Shown: piece by piece, positions 9,225 through 19,717 of the stretch
How positions within the stretch are numbered: position 1 is the first letter of the stretch
Layout of the letters: every line of letters begins with the position of its first letter
Assembly (NCBI GenBank): GCA_963796315.1
Contig: CAWCLH010000019.1
Coordinates: 144,048-208,047, forward strand
DNA length: 64,000 bases
Origin: an uncultured Actinomycetota bacterium
GTDB lineage: Bacteria; Actinomycetota; Thermoleophilia; RBG-16-64-13
Direction: 5' to 3'
Program-made: the position numbers and the translations under genes
The notes under the pieces: model-generated
Databases searched by the model: none
Told to the model about the DNA's origin: nothing
Seen by the model: only the letters and a program-made list of their open reading frames with translations

Positions 9225-10253
9225 ATGTCGTGGAGAGGTGCGGTGAGCGAGCGCAGACAGAGGCTGATCGCGGAGGGCCTCCTCGTCGCCATCACCGCCG
9301 TCTGGGGCTGGACTTTCGTCTTGGTGAAGGACGCGGTCGCCCGCTATCCCGTCCTCCCCTTCCTGGCGCTGCGCTTCGCCGTCGCCACCATCTTGCTGGC
9401 CGGCTTGGCGGCCGTGCTCGCCCGCGGCGGCCGCGGCCGCCGCGGGCGGCGGGATCCATGGACCCGTCCGTTCGGACCTCGCGGCGTGGTCACCGGCGGG
9501 GTGGTCATGGGTCTCTTCCTCGGTGCCGGCTACGTCTTCCAGACGTTCGGGCTGGAGCGGACCACGGCTTCGAACGCCGGGTTCATCACGGGCCTCTTCG
9601 TCGTGTTGGTGCCCCTCTTCGAGTACCTCCTCTGGCGCCGAGGCGGCAGCGCGGGCAGCATGCTCGCCGTCCTGCTGGCCGCGATCGGGCTCTTCCTGCT
9701 CTCCGGCGGGGCGTCGGGTCTGCACGCGCTCGGCGACGGATTGGTCTTCCTCTGCGCGGTGAGCTTCGCCGCCCACATCCTCGCGACCGCCCGCTATGCC
9801 CGCCACCACGATGTGCTGACCCTGACCGCGCTGCAGCTGGGGGTGGTCGCCGCCGTCTGCGGCGCCTTGGCGTTGCTGGCGCCCGCGGTCGGCCTGGGCG
9901 AAGACGGGCTGCGCTGGCCTACCGATCCCCTGGTCCTGGTCGCGCTGGCCGTCACGGCCGTCTTCGCCACCGCGGTGGCCTTCTTCGTCCAGACCTTCGC
10001 GCAGCGCCACGCGCCGCCCGCCCGGGCGGCGGTGATCATGACCATGGAGCCCGTGTTCGCCGGAGCCTTCGGCTACGTGGTGGCGGGCGACCGGCTGGGG
10101 GCCATGGGCTGGGTCGGGGCGGGCCTCATCCTGGCCGGCATGCTGGCGGCCGAACTGTGGCCGCAGGCGCACCACCACGTCGAGTCGGGCCCGGAAGGGC
10201 AGGCCTGGGTGGACCTGGCCCCGGGCGAGGAGCCCGCGAACCCGGCGGTGTGA
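9225..10253 (+). CDS. EamA/DMT family transporter
   Basis: About 10 TM helices in two EamA-like halves (WGWTFVLVKDAV..., ...FAAHILATARY...). Start at ATG 9225 or GTG 9243; the upstream part of the track ORF is antisense to rlmD. Confidence 0.75.
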   Translation: MSWRGAVSERRQRLIAEGLLVAITAVWGWTFVLVKDAVARYPVLPFLALRFAVATILLAGLAAVLARGGRGRRGRRDPWTRPFGPRGVVTGGVVMGLFLGAGYVFQTFGLERTTASNAGFITGLFVVLVPLFEYLLWRRGGSAGSMLAVLLAAIGLFLLSGGASGLHALGDGLVFLCAVSFAAHILATARYARHHDVLTLTALQLGVVAAVCGALALLAPAVGLGEDGLRWPTDPLVLVALAVTAVFATAVAFFVQTFAQRHAPPARAAVIMTMEPVFAGAFGYVVAGDRLGAMGWVGAGLILAGMLAAELWPQAHHHVESGPEGQAWVDLAPGEEPANPAV

Positions 10254-10266
10254 ATCCTTCCGGCGG

Positions 10267-10713
10267 TTACCGGGCGAGCTCCGCCAGCCGCTCCTGGACG
10301 CGCCGGAGCCGCTCCGCGATGATCGCCGACAGATTGTGCAGCAGCAGCCGCCCGAGCTTGTCGTCGTCGGTCATCAGGCGCCGCACGTCCTCGACCTTGA
10401 GGATCGCCAGGCGGCAGTCCTCGGCGCAGACCGCCGTGGTGGTGAACGTGTGCGGGGGGACCAGGCCCGACCACCCCAAGAGGTCGTCGGGCTTCAGCAC
10501 ATCCAGTTCCACGACCTTCCCGCCGGCATCCATCTGCGTCTTCACCGCACCGGAAAGGATGAAGCAGAGGCCGTAGGCCTCCTCACCCTCTTGGAAGATG
10601 ACCTCTCCGGTGTGGTAGTCCCGGACGATCGCCAGGTCCTCCATCAGGCGGATCTGCTCGGGGGCGAGATCGGCCAATCCGGGTGCGCCGGAGAGATCCA
10701 CATTGGCAGCCAC
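10267..10713 (-). CDS. stand-alone cyclic-nucleotide-binding-like domain protein (paralog 1)
   Basis: 148 aa with a CAP/CNB fold pattern FQEGEEAYGLCFILSGAVK. The phosphate-binding cassette is replaced by GWSGLVPPHTFTT. Confidence 0.7.
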   Translation of the reverse strand: MAANVDLSGAPGLADLAPEQIRLMEDLAIVRDYHTGEVIFQEGEEAYGLCFILSGAVKTQMDAGGKVVELDVLKPDDLLGWSGLVPPHTFTTTAVCAEDCRLAILKVEDVRRLMTDDDKLGRLLLHNLSAIIAERLRRVQERLAELAR

Positions 10714-10769
10714 GGTCTCCTCCTAGGTGAGGGGCAGGGACGACACGGGAATGGGGGGCGCCGGCCGCG

Positions 10770-11222
10770 TCACCAGCCGACGATGTTCCGAGCCAGCAGG
10801 GCCTGCGTCTCGTGGAAACGCATGGAGATCAGCTCGGCCAGATTGCGTTCGAAGATGTAGCCCGCGTGCACGTCGTCGTCCAGCATGCGGCGCAGGTCCT
10901 CCATCTTGACGATGGCCACCTTCGTCTTGCTCAGCGCCACCCCACTCCCAGTGAAGGTGTGCGGCGGCACCAGGCCGGACCAGCCCACCAGGTCTCCCGG
11001 GCCGAGGGTCGCGAGCTCGACCAGCCTGCCGGCCACCTTCTCTTGGAGGGCGATGGTGCCGTCCATGATGATGCACAGGCCGAAGGCCTCGTCACCCTGC
11101 TGAAACACGGTCGCGTCTCGGGCGTAGTCCCGTACCAGCACGAGCTCGCCAAGCCGGTCCAGTTGCTCGGGTGAGAAACCCTGGAAGGCCGGAGAGTCCT
11201 TCAACGCCGTGATGGGATCCAT
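10770..11222 (-). CDS. stand-alone cyclic-nucleotide-binding-like domain protein (paralog 2)
   Basis: 150 aa. Shows FQQGDEAFGLCIIMDGTIA and the same GWSGLVPPHTFTG block as its neighbour. Confidence 0.7.
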   Translation of the reverse strand: MDPITALKDSPAFQGFSPEQLDRLGELVLVRDYARDATVFQQGDEAFGLCIIMDGTIALQEKVAGRLVELATLGPGDLVGWSGLVPPHTFTGSGVALSKTKVAIVKMEDLRRMLDDDVHAGYIFERNLAELISMRFHETQALLARNIVGW

Positions 11223-11309
11223 GCGTGTGTTCCTCCTGACAGCCGCTACGCGGCATGGTGAACTCCTTCACAAGATACGCCGTCGGTTGGACAACGACAA
11301 CAATCCTTC

Positions 11310-11340
11310 GGGGGTCCGGCCCTGACCGGGCCGGACCCCC
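11310..11340 (-). terminator. GC-rich hairpin downstream of clpB (13-bp stem, 5-nt loop, no U tract)
   Basis: GGGGGTCCGGCCC-tgacc-GGGCCGGACCCCC lies 18 nt after the clpB stop. Confidence 0.45.
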
Positions 11341-11357
11341 AGACAGACGACTGCGGT

Positions 11358-13973
11358 CTAACGCGCGCCGGCCGTTACGTCGGCCGGCACGTCGGCGAAC
11401 GTCAGCCCCAGATCTCGCGCGTCCACCCGGACGGTGTCGCCGTCTCGGAACTCGCCCGAGAGGATGCCCAGCGCGATCCGGTCTTGGATCTCCTTCTGGA
11501 TCAGGCGTTTCAACGGCCGGGCGCCGTAAGCCGGGTCGTAGCCCTGCTCCGCCAGGTACTGCCGTGCGGCGTCGGTGAGCTCCAGGGTGATGTCCCGCTG
11601 GGCCAGCCGGCGGCGGAGCAGGTCGAGCTGTATCCCGACGATCCGCCGGATGTCCTCGAGCGTCAGGCGCTGGAAGATGACGACGTCGTCCACGCGGTTC
11701 AGGAGCTCCGGCTTGAAGACCGCCCGCAGGGCCTCCATCACGCGATGGGCCATCTCCACCTCGGTCAGATCGGGGTCGAGGATCCACTGGCTGCCCAGGT
11801 TGGAGGTCATGATGATGACGGTGTTCTTGAAGTCGACGGTGTGACCCTGGCCGTCGGTCAGTCGCCCGTCGTCCAGGATCTGCAGGAGCACGTTGAACAC
11901 GTCGGGATGGGCCTTCTCGATCTCGTCCAGCAGCAGCACGCTGTACGGCCGGCGCCGGACCGCCTCGGTGAGGTAGCCCCCCTCCTCGTAGCCCACATAG
12001 CCCGGGGGCGCGCCGATCAGCCGCGAGACCGTGTGCTTCTCCATGAACTCGCTCATGTCGATGCGGACCATGGCCCGCTCGTCGTCGAAGAGGTACTCGG
12101 CCAGAGCTCGGCCCAGCTCGGTCTTCCCCACCCCGGTGGGCCCTAGGAAGATGAAGCTGCCGATGGGGCGATCGGGGTCCTGCAGACCGGCGCGCGCCCG
12201 GCGGATGGCGTTGGCCACGGCGGTGACCGCCTCGTCCTGGCCGATGACCCGCTGGTGGAGCCCCTCCTCCATGTGGACGAGCTTCTCCATCTCGCTCTCC
12301 AGCAGCCGGCTGACCGGGATCCCGGTCCACCGGGCCACCACCTCGGCCACGTCCTCGTCGTCGACCTCTTCCTTCAACATCTTCACCTGGCTCTGGAGCT
12401 CGACCAGCCGCCGGTTCTGCTCGTCCAGTTGCCGTTCCAGATCGGGGATGAGCCCGTAGCGCAGCTCCGCCGCCTGCTGCAGATCGGTCTCGCGCTCGGC
12501 GCGCTCGGCGCGTGCCTTGGCTTCTTCGATCTGCTCCTTGATGCCGCGGATGGCTCCGATGGACTCCTTCTCCGCCTCCCAGTGGGCCTTCATGGCCGCG
12601 GACTCCTCGCGCAGGCCGGCGAGCTCCGCCTCGATGACCCCCCGGCGCTCGTCGGAGGCCGGGTCGGTCTCCTTGGTCAGCGCCTGGCGCTCGATCTCCA
12701 GCTGCTGCATCCGGCGAAGGACCTGGTCCAGCTCGGTGGGCATGGAGTCGATCTCGATGCGCAGGTGGCTCGCCGCCTCGTCGATCAGGTCGATGGCCTT
12801 GTCGGGGAGGAACCGGTCGGTGATGTAGCGGTCGGAGAGGATGGCGGCCGCGATGAGCGCGCTGTCCTGGATCCGGACGCCGTGGTGGACCTCGTACCGT
12901 TCCTTGAGACCGCGCAGGATGGCCACCGTGTCCTCCACGGACGGCTCCCCGACCACGATGGGCTGGAACCGGCGCTCCAGAGCCGCGTCTTTCTCCACGT
13001 ACTTGCGGTACTCGTCCAGCGTGGTCGCGCCCACGACCCGCAGCTCGCCGCGGGCCAGCATGGGTTTGAGCATGTTGGAGGCATCGACCGAGCCCTCGGC
13101 GGCGCCTGCCCCCACCAGGGTATGCATCTCGTCGATGAAGGTGATGATCCGGCCTTCGGACGCGGCGATCTCCTTGAGCACGGCCTTCAACCGCTCTTCG
13201 AACTCCCCCCGGTACTTCGCGCCGGCGACCATCGCCCCGATGTCCAGCGCCATGACTCGCTTGTCCTTCAGCCCCTCGGGCACGTCGCCCGACACGATGC
13301 GCTGGGCCAAGCCCTCCACGATGGCGGTCTTGCCGACGCCGGGGTCCCCGATCAAGACCGGGTTGTTCTTGGTGCGGCGGCTGAGGACCTGGATCACCCG
13401 ACGGATCTCCTCGTCGCGGCCGATGACCGGGTCCAGCCTCCCGCGCGCCGCCAGCTCGGTCAGGTCGCGGCCGAATCGCTCCAGTGCCTCGTACTTGGAT
13501 TCCGCGTCGGGGTCCTCCGCGCGCTGGGCGCCGCGGAGATCACGAAGCACCGCCAGGATGGCGTCGCGGGTCACCCCGTGTCGTTGCAGCAGTTCGGCGG
13601 TCCAGCCGGATCGTTCGCTCAACGCCATGAGCACGTGCTCGGTGGACGTGTAGGTGTCGCGCATCCGGCGCGCCTGCTCTTGGGCGTCCTCCAGCGTCTC
13701 GCGCAGCTGGCGGCTCATCCCGACCTGGGTGCCGCGGACGGTGGAAAGCCGGGAGAGTCGGGCGTCGAGGTCGGCTCGGATGGCGGAGGGGTTCGTGCCC
13801 ATGCGTTCCAGGATGGGTATGGTCAGGCCGCCCTCTTGGTCCAAGAGCGAGGCCATCAAGTGCTCGGGTTCGACTTCGGCGTTGCCTCGGCTGACGGCCA
13901 GCTGCTGAGCTCCTGCCAGGGCTTCCTGCGCCTTCAGGGTGAATGTCTCGAACTGCATCTGCTTCTCCTCCAT
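11358..13973 (-). CDS. clpB: ATP-dependent chaperone ClpB
   Basis: 871 aa with two AAA+ modules ([15 protein letters not shown] and [15 protein letters not shown]) and a middle coiled coil. Full-length ClpB architecture. Confidence 0.95.
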   Translation of the reverse strand: MEEKQMQFETFTLKAQEALAGAQQLAVSRGNAEVEPEHLMASLLDQEGGLTIPILERMGTNPSAIRADLDARLSRLSTVRGTQVGMSRQLRETLEDAQEQARRMRDTYTSTEHVLMALSERSGWTAELLQRHGVTRDAILAVLRDLRGAQRAEDPDAESKYEALERFGRDLTELAARGRLDPVIGRDEEIRRVIQVLSRRTKNNPVLIGDPGVGKTAIVEGLAQRIVSGDVPEGLKDKRVMALDIGAMVAGAKYRGEFEERLKAVLKEIAASEGRIITFIDEMHTLVGAGAAEGSVDASNMLKPMLARGELRVVGATTLDEYRKYVEKDAALERRFQPIVVGEPSVEDTVAILRGLKERYEVHHGVRIQDSALIAAAILSDRYITDRFLPDKAIDLIDEAASHLRIEIDSMPTELDQVLRRMQQLEIERQALTKETDPASDERRGVIEAELAGLREESAAMKAHWEAEKESIGAIRGIKEQIEEAKARAERAERETDLQQAAELRYGLIPDLERQLDEQNRRLVELQSQVKMLKEEVDDEDVAEVVARWTGIPVSRLLESEMEKLVHMEEGLHQRVIGQDEAVTAVANAIRRARAGLQDPDRPIGSFIFLGPTGVGKTELGRALAEYLFDDERAMVRIDMSEFMEKHTVSRLIGAPPGYVGYEEGGYLTEAVRRRPYSVLLLDEIEKAHPDVFNVLLQILDDGRLTDGQGHTVDFKNTVIIMTSNLGSQWILDPDLTEVEMAHRVMEALRAVFKPELLNRVDDVVIFQRLTLEDIRRIVGIQLDLLRRRLAQRDITLELTDAARQYLAEQGYDPAYGARPLKRLIQKEIQDRIALGILSGEFRDGDTVRVDARDLGLTFADVPADVTAGAR

Positions 13974-14031
13974 CGGTCAGGGCCCACCCGGCCCTCGGCT
14001 CCCCTCTTAATCGAGCCACTACGCGCATAAA

Positions 14032-14060
14032 ATCTTATACGATATGACTCATATCAGCAA
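14032..14060 (-). promoter_or_regulatory. candidate clpB promoter (TTGCTG-17-TAAGAT) with embedded 7-1-7 palindrome
   Basis: On the minus strand, the -35 is at 14060-14055 and the -10 at 14037-14032, overlapping the PBP stop codon. The spacer contains GATATGA-n-TCATATC (14041-14055). Confidence 0.3.
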
Positions 14061-16323
14061 GCCCAGAGGTGCGGGCGAGCCTTCGTCGGGCCGACGGCAG
14101 ATTGAAGCCTTCGTCGGGCCGATGGCGGATCAGAGGAGGCGGGTGCGAGAGATGCGAGACGAAACCCGGCGCGGGTTTCCTGACGAGGTCAGCCCGTCGT
14201 CGGCGGCGCGCGGCCGTCGTCGTGGTCTTCTTGGGCTTGGACGGGTTGGTCGTCGGGGGCTGGGTGGTGGGGCTGGTGGCCGGCGGCTCGCCGGTGACCG
14301 TCGTGGTCGTGGTCCGCCGGGTCGATCGGCGCGTACCCGTGGTGTGCCGCCCGCTGGTCCGCGAAGGAGAGGGACGGGTGGTGGGGGTGGGCCGGTTCGG
14401 GTCGTACGGCGGCTCGGCGAAATCCGTCGGCGTGAAGTCGCGCTCCAGCCGACTCATATACGCTTCCCAGATCATCGCCGGGAAGGTGCCGCCCGCCACG
14501 CGGATGCCATGCACGCTGCGCATCGGGACCTGGCCCTGCGGATAGCCCACCCAGACCGAGGTGGAGAGCTGCGGGATGAACCCGCAGAACCAGGCGTCGG
14601 AGTAGTCGGTCGCGGTGCCGGTCTTGCCCGCGGCCGGTCGGTCCAGCTGCGCTCGGGTGCCGGTGCCCCGGCGCACGTTCTGCTCGAGGATCTTGGTCAC
14701 CGTGTAGGCGGTGTACGCCGAGATCGCCTGGGTCTGCTTGGGTTTGGCCTGGTAGACGACCTTGCCCGTCGAGTCGGTGACCTTCAGGATGAGCGTCGGC
14801 TCGATGTGCTTTCCCTGAGCGGGAAGCGTGGCGTAGGCGGAGGCCATCTCCAGCGGGGAGACCCCGTAGGTCAGACCCCCCAGGACGATGGCCGGGTCCT
14901 CGTTGATGGGACTGGTGATGCCCATGCTGTGGGCCACCTTGACCATGGCGGGGGCTCCCAGATCCATGGCGAGCTGGGCGTACACGGTATTGTCGCTCTT
15001 CAGCGTGGCGTCCACCAGGTTGATCCAGCCGTAGTAGTCGTGGGCGTAGGTCTGGACGCTCCAGGGCTTGCGGCTTCCGGGGATGTCGAAGGTGACGGGC
15101 GCCGACTCGTAGTAGGTGCTCTCGGGATCCATGCCCGCTTCGACCGCGGCGACCAGGGCGAAGGTCTTGAACGCCGACCCCGGCTGCCGGCGACCCTGCA
15201 CGGCGAGGTCGTACTTGAGGTTCTTGAAGTCGGTGCTGCTGGCCATCGCCCGTACCCAACCGGTCCTGGTATCGACGCTGGCCACGGCCGCGGCCGGGTC
15301 GCCCGGTCGGTCGAGGATCGAGCTGATGGCCTGTCTCGCCAGCTGCTGGTAGGCGGGGTTGATGGTGGTCGAGACGGTGAGGCCTCCCTTGAAGACGGCA
15401 TCCTGGCCGAACATGTCGATCAGTTGCTTGCGCACGTAGCTCACCACGTACGGCTCCTGGATGCGGGTGTACGGCGACTCCTTCGCCAGGTTGAGAGGCT
15501 CGGCCAGCGCGGTCAGGTACTGGTCGTAGGTGATGTAGCCGTTGTTGAGCATGGCCTTCAGGACGTCGTTCCGTCGGGCCTTCGCCGCGGCGGGGTGCTG
15601 CCGCGGGGAGTACGCCGTGGGGCGCTGAGGCAGGCCGGCCAGCATCGCCGCTTCCGACAGCGTGAGGTCGGCGGGTTCCTTGTCGAAGTAGGTGCGGGCG
15701 GCCGTCTCGATGCCGTAGGCGTTCGAGCCGTAGTACACCGTGTTGAGGTACTGATTGAGGATCTCGTCCTTCGAGAGCTTCGTCTCTAGCTGGATCGCCA
15801 GGGCGGCCTCATGGATCTTGCGGGTGAACGAGGTGTCCGATCGATCGAGATAGAGGTTGCCCACCAGTTGCTGCGTGATGGTGGAGGCGCCCTCCACCGC
15901 CCTGCCCGCCTCGAGATCCTTGTAGAGCGCGCGCAGGATCCCCTGGGGATCCACGCCCTTGTGCTCGTAGAAGCGCTCGTCCTCGATGGCGACGGTGGCG
16001 TGCTTCATGACCACCGGGATCTGCTCCCCGGGGATCACCGTGCGGTTCTCGGTGGCGTGCAGGTAGGCCAAGAGACTGCCGTCGGCCGCGAAGATCCGGC
16101 TGGTCTGCGCGAGAGGCACCTGCGGCTGGTCCTTGATGTCGGGCAGGTCCTGGCGCACGACATCGGCCGCCGTAAAGCCGAGGGCCAGCGCGCCGCCCAG
16201 GAGCGCCGCCAGGAGCACGGGCGTCAGCACCACGGCGACCAGGATGCCCCGCTTCAGTCCCTTGTGGCCGTTCCGCCGGCGGCGTCTCTCCGCGGCTCGG
16301 ACGCGGCGGTCGTAACTCGTCAT
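14035..16323 (-). CDS. class A penicillin-binding protein (GT51 transglycosylase + transpeptidase) with Thr/Pro-rich tail
   Basis: 762 aa. N-terminal TM helix, GT51 motifs EDERFYEHKGVD and RKIHEAALAIQLE, transpeptidase SAFK...SDN...KTGT, and a T/P/R-rich C-terminus. Confidence 0.9.
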   Translation of the reverse strand: MTSYDRRVRAAERRRRRNGHKGLKRGILVAVVLTPVLLAALLGGALALGFTAADVVRQDLPDIKDQPQVPLAQTSRIFAADGSLLAYLHATENRTVIPGEQIPVVMKHATVAIEDERFYEHKGVDPQGILRALYKDLEAGRAVEGASTITQQLVGNLYLDRSDTSFTRKIHEAALAIQLETKLSKDEILNQYLNTVYYGSNAYGIETAARTYFDKEPADLTLSEAAMLAGLPQRPTAYSPRQHPAAAKARRNDVLKAMLNNGYITYDQYLTALAEPLNLAKESPYTRIQEPYVVSYVRKQLIDMFGQDAVFKGGLTVSTTINPAYQQLARQAISSILDRPGDPAAAVASVDTRTGWVRAMASSTDFKNLKYDLAVQGRRQPGSAFKTFALVAAVEAGMDPESTYYESAPVTFDIPGSRKPWSVQTYAHDYYGWINLVDATLKSDNTVYAQLAMDLGAPAMVKVAHSMGITSPINEDPAIVLGGLTYGVSPLEMASAYATLPAQGKHIEPTLILKVTDSTGKVVYQAKPKQTQAISAYTAYTVTKILEQNVRRGTGTRAQLDRPAAGKTGTATDYSDAWFCGFIPQLSTSVWVGYPQGQVPMRSVHGIRVAGGTFPAMIWEAYMSRLERDFTPTDFAEPPYDPNRPTPTTRPSPSRTSGRHTTGTRRSTRRTTTTTVTGEPPATSPTTQPPTTNPSKPKKTTTTAARRRRRADLVRKPAPGFVSHLSHPPPLIRHRPDEGFNLPSARRRLARTSGLADMSHIV

Positions 16324-16515
16324 GCCGTCCTCTGTCTCTACTGCTCGTAGACTACATAGTGTAGCTGACGCGGGCTGCGCTGGTGCCGTTCCCAGCCCGT
16401 ATTCTGCCTCATCACTTCTTGTTCCGCTGCCCCTGACCCCTCTCCCTGCCGACTCGTCCTGTTCACGCGCCGGAATTGGCTGGAGCTCCGTGGTTCACGA
16501 CGTTGGCATGACATC

Positions 16516-16544
16516 TTGACAACGATGCGCTCAGATTTTATACT
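16516..16544 (+). promoter_or_regulatory. dnaK operon promoter (TTGACA-17-TATACT) overlapping a weak HAIR-like inverted repeat
   Basis: TTGACA at 16516-16521, a 17-nt spacer and TATACT at 16539-16544, about 60 nt upstream of dnaK ATG 16603. CTTGACA-N7-GCTCAGA only partly matches the HspR operator consensus CTTGAGT-N7-ACTCAAG. Confidence 0.55.
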
Positions 16545-16602
16545 GGAGGATGCGCACAGGAAGCAGAGGATGTCCCGTGGACACCGGACCGGAGGCACTT
16601 CA

Positions 16603-18510
16603 ATGGGCAGGATCATAGGCATCGACCTGGGAACCACCAACTCGGCCATGGCCGTCATGGAAGGTGGGGAACCGGTCATCATCCCGAACGCGGAGGGAGG
16701 GCGCACCACGCCGTCCGTCGTCGCGTTCTCCAAGACCGGGGAGCGTCTGGTCGGCGTCGTCGCCAAGCGCCAGGCCGTCACGAACCCCGAGAGCACCATC
16801 TTCTCGATCAAGCGGTTCATGGGACGCAAGTTCCGCGACGTGAGCGAGGAGATGAAGATCGTCCCCTACAAGGTGGTCGAAGGACCCAGCAGCGACGTCC
16901 GCGTGGAGGCCAAGGGGGATCAGTACAGCCCGCCGGAGATCTCGGCCATGATCCTGCAGAAGCTCAAGCGGGACGCCGAGGCCTTCCTGGGCACCGAGAT
17001 CACCGATGCGGTCATCACGGTCCCCGCCTACTTCGACGACGCGCAGCGCCAAGCGACCAAGGACGCCGGCCAGATCGCCGGCCTGAACGTCCGGCGCATC
17101 GTCAACGAGCCGACGGCGGCCTCCCTGGCCTACGGTCTCGAGAAAGAGCACGAGCAGACGATCCTGGTCTTCGACCTGGGCGGCGGCACCTTCGACGTCT
17201 CCATCCTGGAGCTGGGTGAGGGCGTGTTCGAGGTCAAGTCCACCAACGGCGACACCCACCTGGGTGGCGACAACTTCGACAAGGCCGTGGTCGATTGGAT
17301 CGTGGCCGAGTTCAAACGGGAGAAGGGCACGGACCTCTCCAAGGACCGCGCGGCTCTGCAGCGCCTCTACGAGGCGGCGGAGAAGGCCAAGGTCGAGCTC
17401 TCCTCCATGATGGAGACCAACGTCAACCTGCCGTTCATCACCATGGACTCCAGCGGCCCGCTGCACCTGGAGATGACCTTGACCCGGGCCAAGCTCGAGG
17501 AGTTGACCCGCGAACTGATCGAGCGCACGGTGGGACCGACCCGGCGCGCCATCGAGGACGCGGGCCTGTCCGCGGGCGACATCGATCAGGTGATCCTGGT
17601 CGGCGGCATGACCCGGATGCCTGCCGTGCAGGCCAAGGTCGCCGATCTGACCGGCAAGGAGCCGCACAAGGGGATCAACCCGGACGAGGTCGTGGCCTTG
17701 GGCGCCGCTATCCAGGGTGCCGTGCTGTCCGGCGACGTCAAGGACATCATCCTGCTGGACGTCACGCCGCTGTCCCTGGGTATCGAGACCAAGGGCGGCG
17801 TGTTCACGCGCCTGATCGAGCGGAACACCACCATCCCCACCCGCAAGAGCGAGATCTTCTCGACGGCGGAGGACGGGCAGACATCGGTGGAGATCCACGT
17901 GCTGCAGGGCGAACGGGACATGGCCGCGTACAACAAGACCCTGGGACGCTTCCAGCTGATGGGCATCCCGCCGGCCCCGCGGGGCATCCCGCAGATCGAG
18001 GTCACCTTCGACATCGACGCCAACGGCATCACCCACGTGTCGGCCAAGGATCTCGCCACCGGCAACGAGCAACGCATCGAGATCAAGAGCTCGAGCGGGC
18101 TCTCTGACGAGGAGATCAAGCAGATGGTGCGCGACGCGGAGTCGCACGCCGACGACGACGCCAGGAAGCGCGAGTTGGTCGAGGCCAAGAACCAGGCCGA
18201 GAACCTGGTCTACTCCACGCGCAAGTCCATGAAGGACCTGGGCGACAAGGTGGACGGAGCCACTCGCGGCGCCATCGAGAGCGCGATCAACGACGTGGAG
18301 GAATCGCTCAAGGGCGACGACCTGACGGCGATCCAGACGCGCATGACCGCGCTCCAAGAGGCGGCGTACAAGTTGTCCGAGGCGGCCTATCAGCAGGCGC
18401 AGTCCGCGGCCGGCGGTCCGGGTGCCGGACAGGGTCCCAGCGCCGACGGAGGCGCCGAGGACGAGGTCGTCGAGGAAGCTGAGTACGAGGTCATCGACGA
18501 GGACAAGTAG
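16603..18510 (+). CDS. dnaK: molecular chaperone DnaK (Hsp70)
   Basis: [18 protein letters not shown]..., [10 protein letters not shown], and a C-terminal [12 protein letters not shown]. Start is Met30 of the track ORF. Confidence 0.97.
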   Translation: MGRIIGIDLGTTNSAMAVMEGGEPVIIPNAEGGRTTPSVVAFSKTGERLVGVVAKRQAVTNPESTIFSIKRFMGRKFRDVSEEMKIVPYKVVEGPSSDVRVEAKGDQYSPPEISAMILQKLKRDAEAFLGTEITDAVITVPAYFDDAQRQATKDAGQIAGLNVRRIVNEPTAASLAYGLEKEHEQTILVFDLGGGTFDVSILELGEGVFEVKSTNGDTHLGGDNFDKAVVDWIVAEFKREKGTDLSKDRAALQRLYEAAEKAKVELSSMMETNVNLPFITMDSSGPLHLEMTLTRAKLEELTRELIERTVGPTRRAIEDAGLSAGDIDQVILVGGMTRMPAVQAKVADLTGKEPHKGINPDEVVALGAAIQGAVLSGDVKDIILLDVTPLSLGIETKGGVFTRLIERNTTIPTRKSEIFSTAEDGQTSVEIHVLQGERDMAAYNKTLGRFQLMGIPPAPRGIPQIEVTFDIDANGITHVSAKDLATGNEQRIEIKSSSGLSDEEIKQMVRDAESHADDDARKRELVEAKNQAENLVYSTRKSMKDLGDKVDGATRGAIESAINDVEESLKGDDLTAIQTRMTALQEAAYKLSEAAYQQAQSAAGGPGAGQGPSADGGAEDEVVEEAEYEVIDEDK

Positions 18511-18527
18511 CAAAGGAGGATGCGACC

Positions 18528-19007
18528 ATGGCGATCGTGCGATTCGATCCGTTCCGGGAGCTGTCGGGCCTGCAGAACGAGGTCAACCGGATGTTGAGCC
18601 GGTTCAGCGGAGAGTCGTCGGTGCAGCGGGAGTCCTGGATGCCGTCCGTGGACGTCATCGAGACCGACGGTGCGATCAAGCTGAAGGCCGACCTGGCCGG
18701 CATGGACCCGGAAGACATCAAGCTCGAGGTCCAGGACAACGTCTTGACCGTGAGCGGGGAGCGCAAGTTCGAGGAGGAGGTGAAGGACGACAAGTACTAC
18801 CGCATCGAGCGGCGGTACGGTTCCTTCAGCCGCTCGCTGGCGCTGCCCCAGGGCGTGGATGCCGACAAGATCGAGGCGAGCTACGAGAACGGGGTCCTCG
18901 AGGTCACCGTGCCCAAGGTCGAGGTGCCTAAAGCCAAGCGGATCTCGGTAGGCAAGGCCGAGGGAGGCCAGCCCACGACCGTCGAAGCGAAGGCCACCGA
19001 GCAGTAA
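18528..19007 (+). CDS. Hsp20/alpha-crystallin family small heat-shock protein
   Basis: 159 aa. Alpha-crystallin domain: WMPSVDVIETDGAIKLKADLAGMDPEDIKLEVQDNVLTVSGERK ... ENGVLEVTVPK. Confidence 0.9.
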   Translation: MAIVRFDPFRELSGLQNEVNRMLSRFSGESSVQRESWMPSVDVIETDGAIKLKADLAGMDPEDIKLEVQDNVLTVSGERKFEEEVKDDKYYRIERRYGSFSRSLALPQGVDADKIEASYENGVLEVTVPKVEVPKAKRISVGKAEGGQPTTVEAKATEQ

Positions 19008-19018
19008 CCGGAGACGAG

Positions 19019-19046
19019 GCCGGCCGGGCCTTCAGGCCCGGCCGGC
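19019..19046 (+). terminator. perfect 12-bp GC hairpin between hsp20 and grpE (attenuator or processing site candidate)
   Basis: GCCGGCCGGGCC-ttca-GGCCCGGCCGGC lies 12 nt after the hsp20 stop. No U tract. Confidence 0.4.
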
Positions 19047-19072
19047 GCCTCGAGTGGGAGACACTACTGACC

Positions 19073-19714
19073 ATGTCAGACAAGAAGAAGATCCCGATCA
19101 GGCCGGGCAACGGAGCCGACGTACCCGAGAACGACGAGGGCCGCAACCCGGATCCGGGCGAGGACGGACCCTTCGACGAGGTCTCGGATCCGTTCGCGCC
19201 TGGCCCTTCCGCCGTGGCCGGACCGGTGCTCGCGGCCGACGAGGGCGGGCCGGCCACGGTGGAGGAGTTGACCGCGGAGCGCGATGCCTACCGCGACAGC
19301 CTGCTCCGTCTCAAGGCCGAGTTCGAGAACTACCGCAGGCGGTCCCAGCGTGAACTGGCCGAGTCGGGGAGCCGGGCCCGCGCGGCGGTCCTGGCCGAGT
19401 TCCTGCCGGTCATCGACAATCTGGACCGTGCGCTCAACGCCGCCGAACACCACGAGCAGAGCAAGGTGCTGGAAGGCGTCCACTTGACCCATTCTCTGTT
19501 CGCCCAGCTCTTGCGGCGAGAGGGCGTGGAGTCGGTGGACCCTCTGGGGCAACCGTTCGACCCGCACGTCCACGAGGCGATGATGGCCGCTCCGTCTGAC
19601 GAGCCGGAAGGCGTGATCACGGCGGTGCTGGAGCCGGGCTACGTCATGGGCGACCAGGTCCTTCGCCCGGCGAAGGTGGCGGTCTCCTCCGGCCCGTCGG
19701 AGGCGGGGGAGTAG
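19073..19714 (+). CDS. grpE: nucleotide exchange factor GrpE
   Basis: 213 aa. RLKAEFENYRRRSQRE and the GrpE C-terminal beta domain ...LEPGYVMGDQVLRPAKVAV. Confidence 0.92.
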   Translation: MSDKKKIPIRPGNGADVPENDEGRNPDPGEDGPFDEVSDPFAPGPSAVAGPVLAADEGGPATVEELTAERDAYRDSLLRLKAEFENYRRRSQRELAESGSRARAAVLAEFLPVIDNLDRALNAAEHHEQSKVLEGVHLTHSLFAQLLRREGVESVDPLGQPFDPHVHEAMMAAPSDEPEGVITAVLEPGYVMGDQVLRPAKVAVSSGPSEAGE

Positions 19715-19717
19715 ACG

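Noticed and set aside
16513-16536. A canonical HspR operator (HAIR) at the dnaK promoter
   Set aside because: Only about 5/7 and 4/7 matches to the two half-sites. It is kept as a weak note, not called as a feature.
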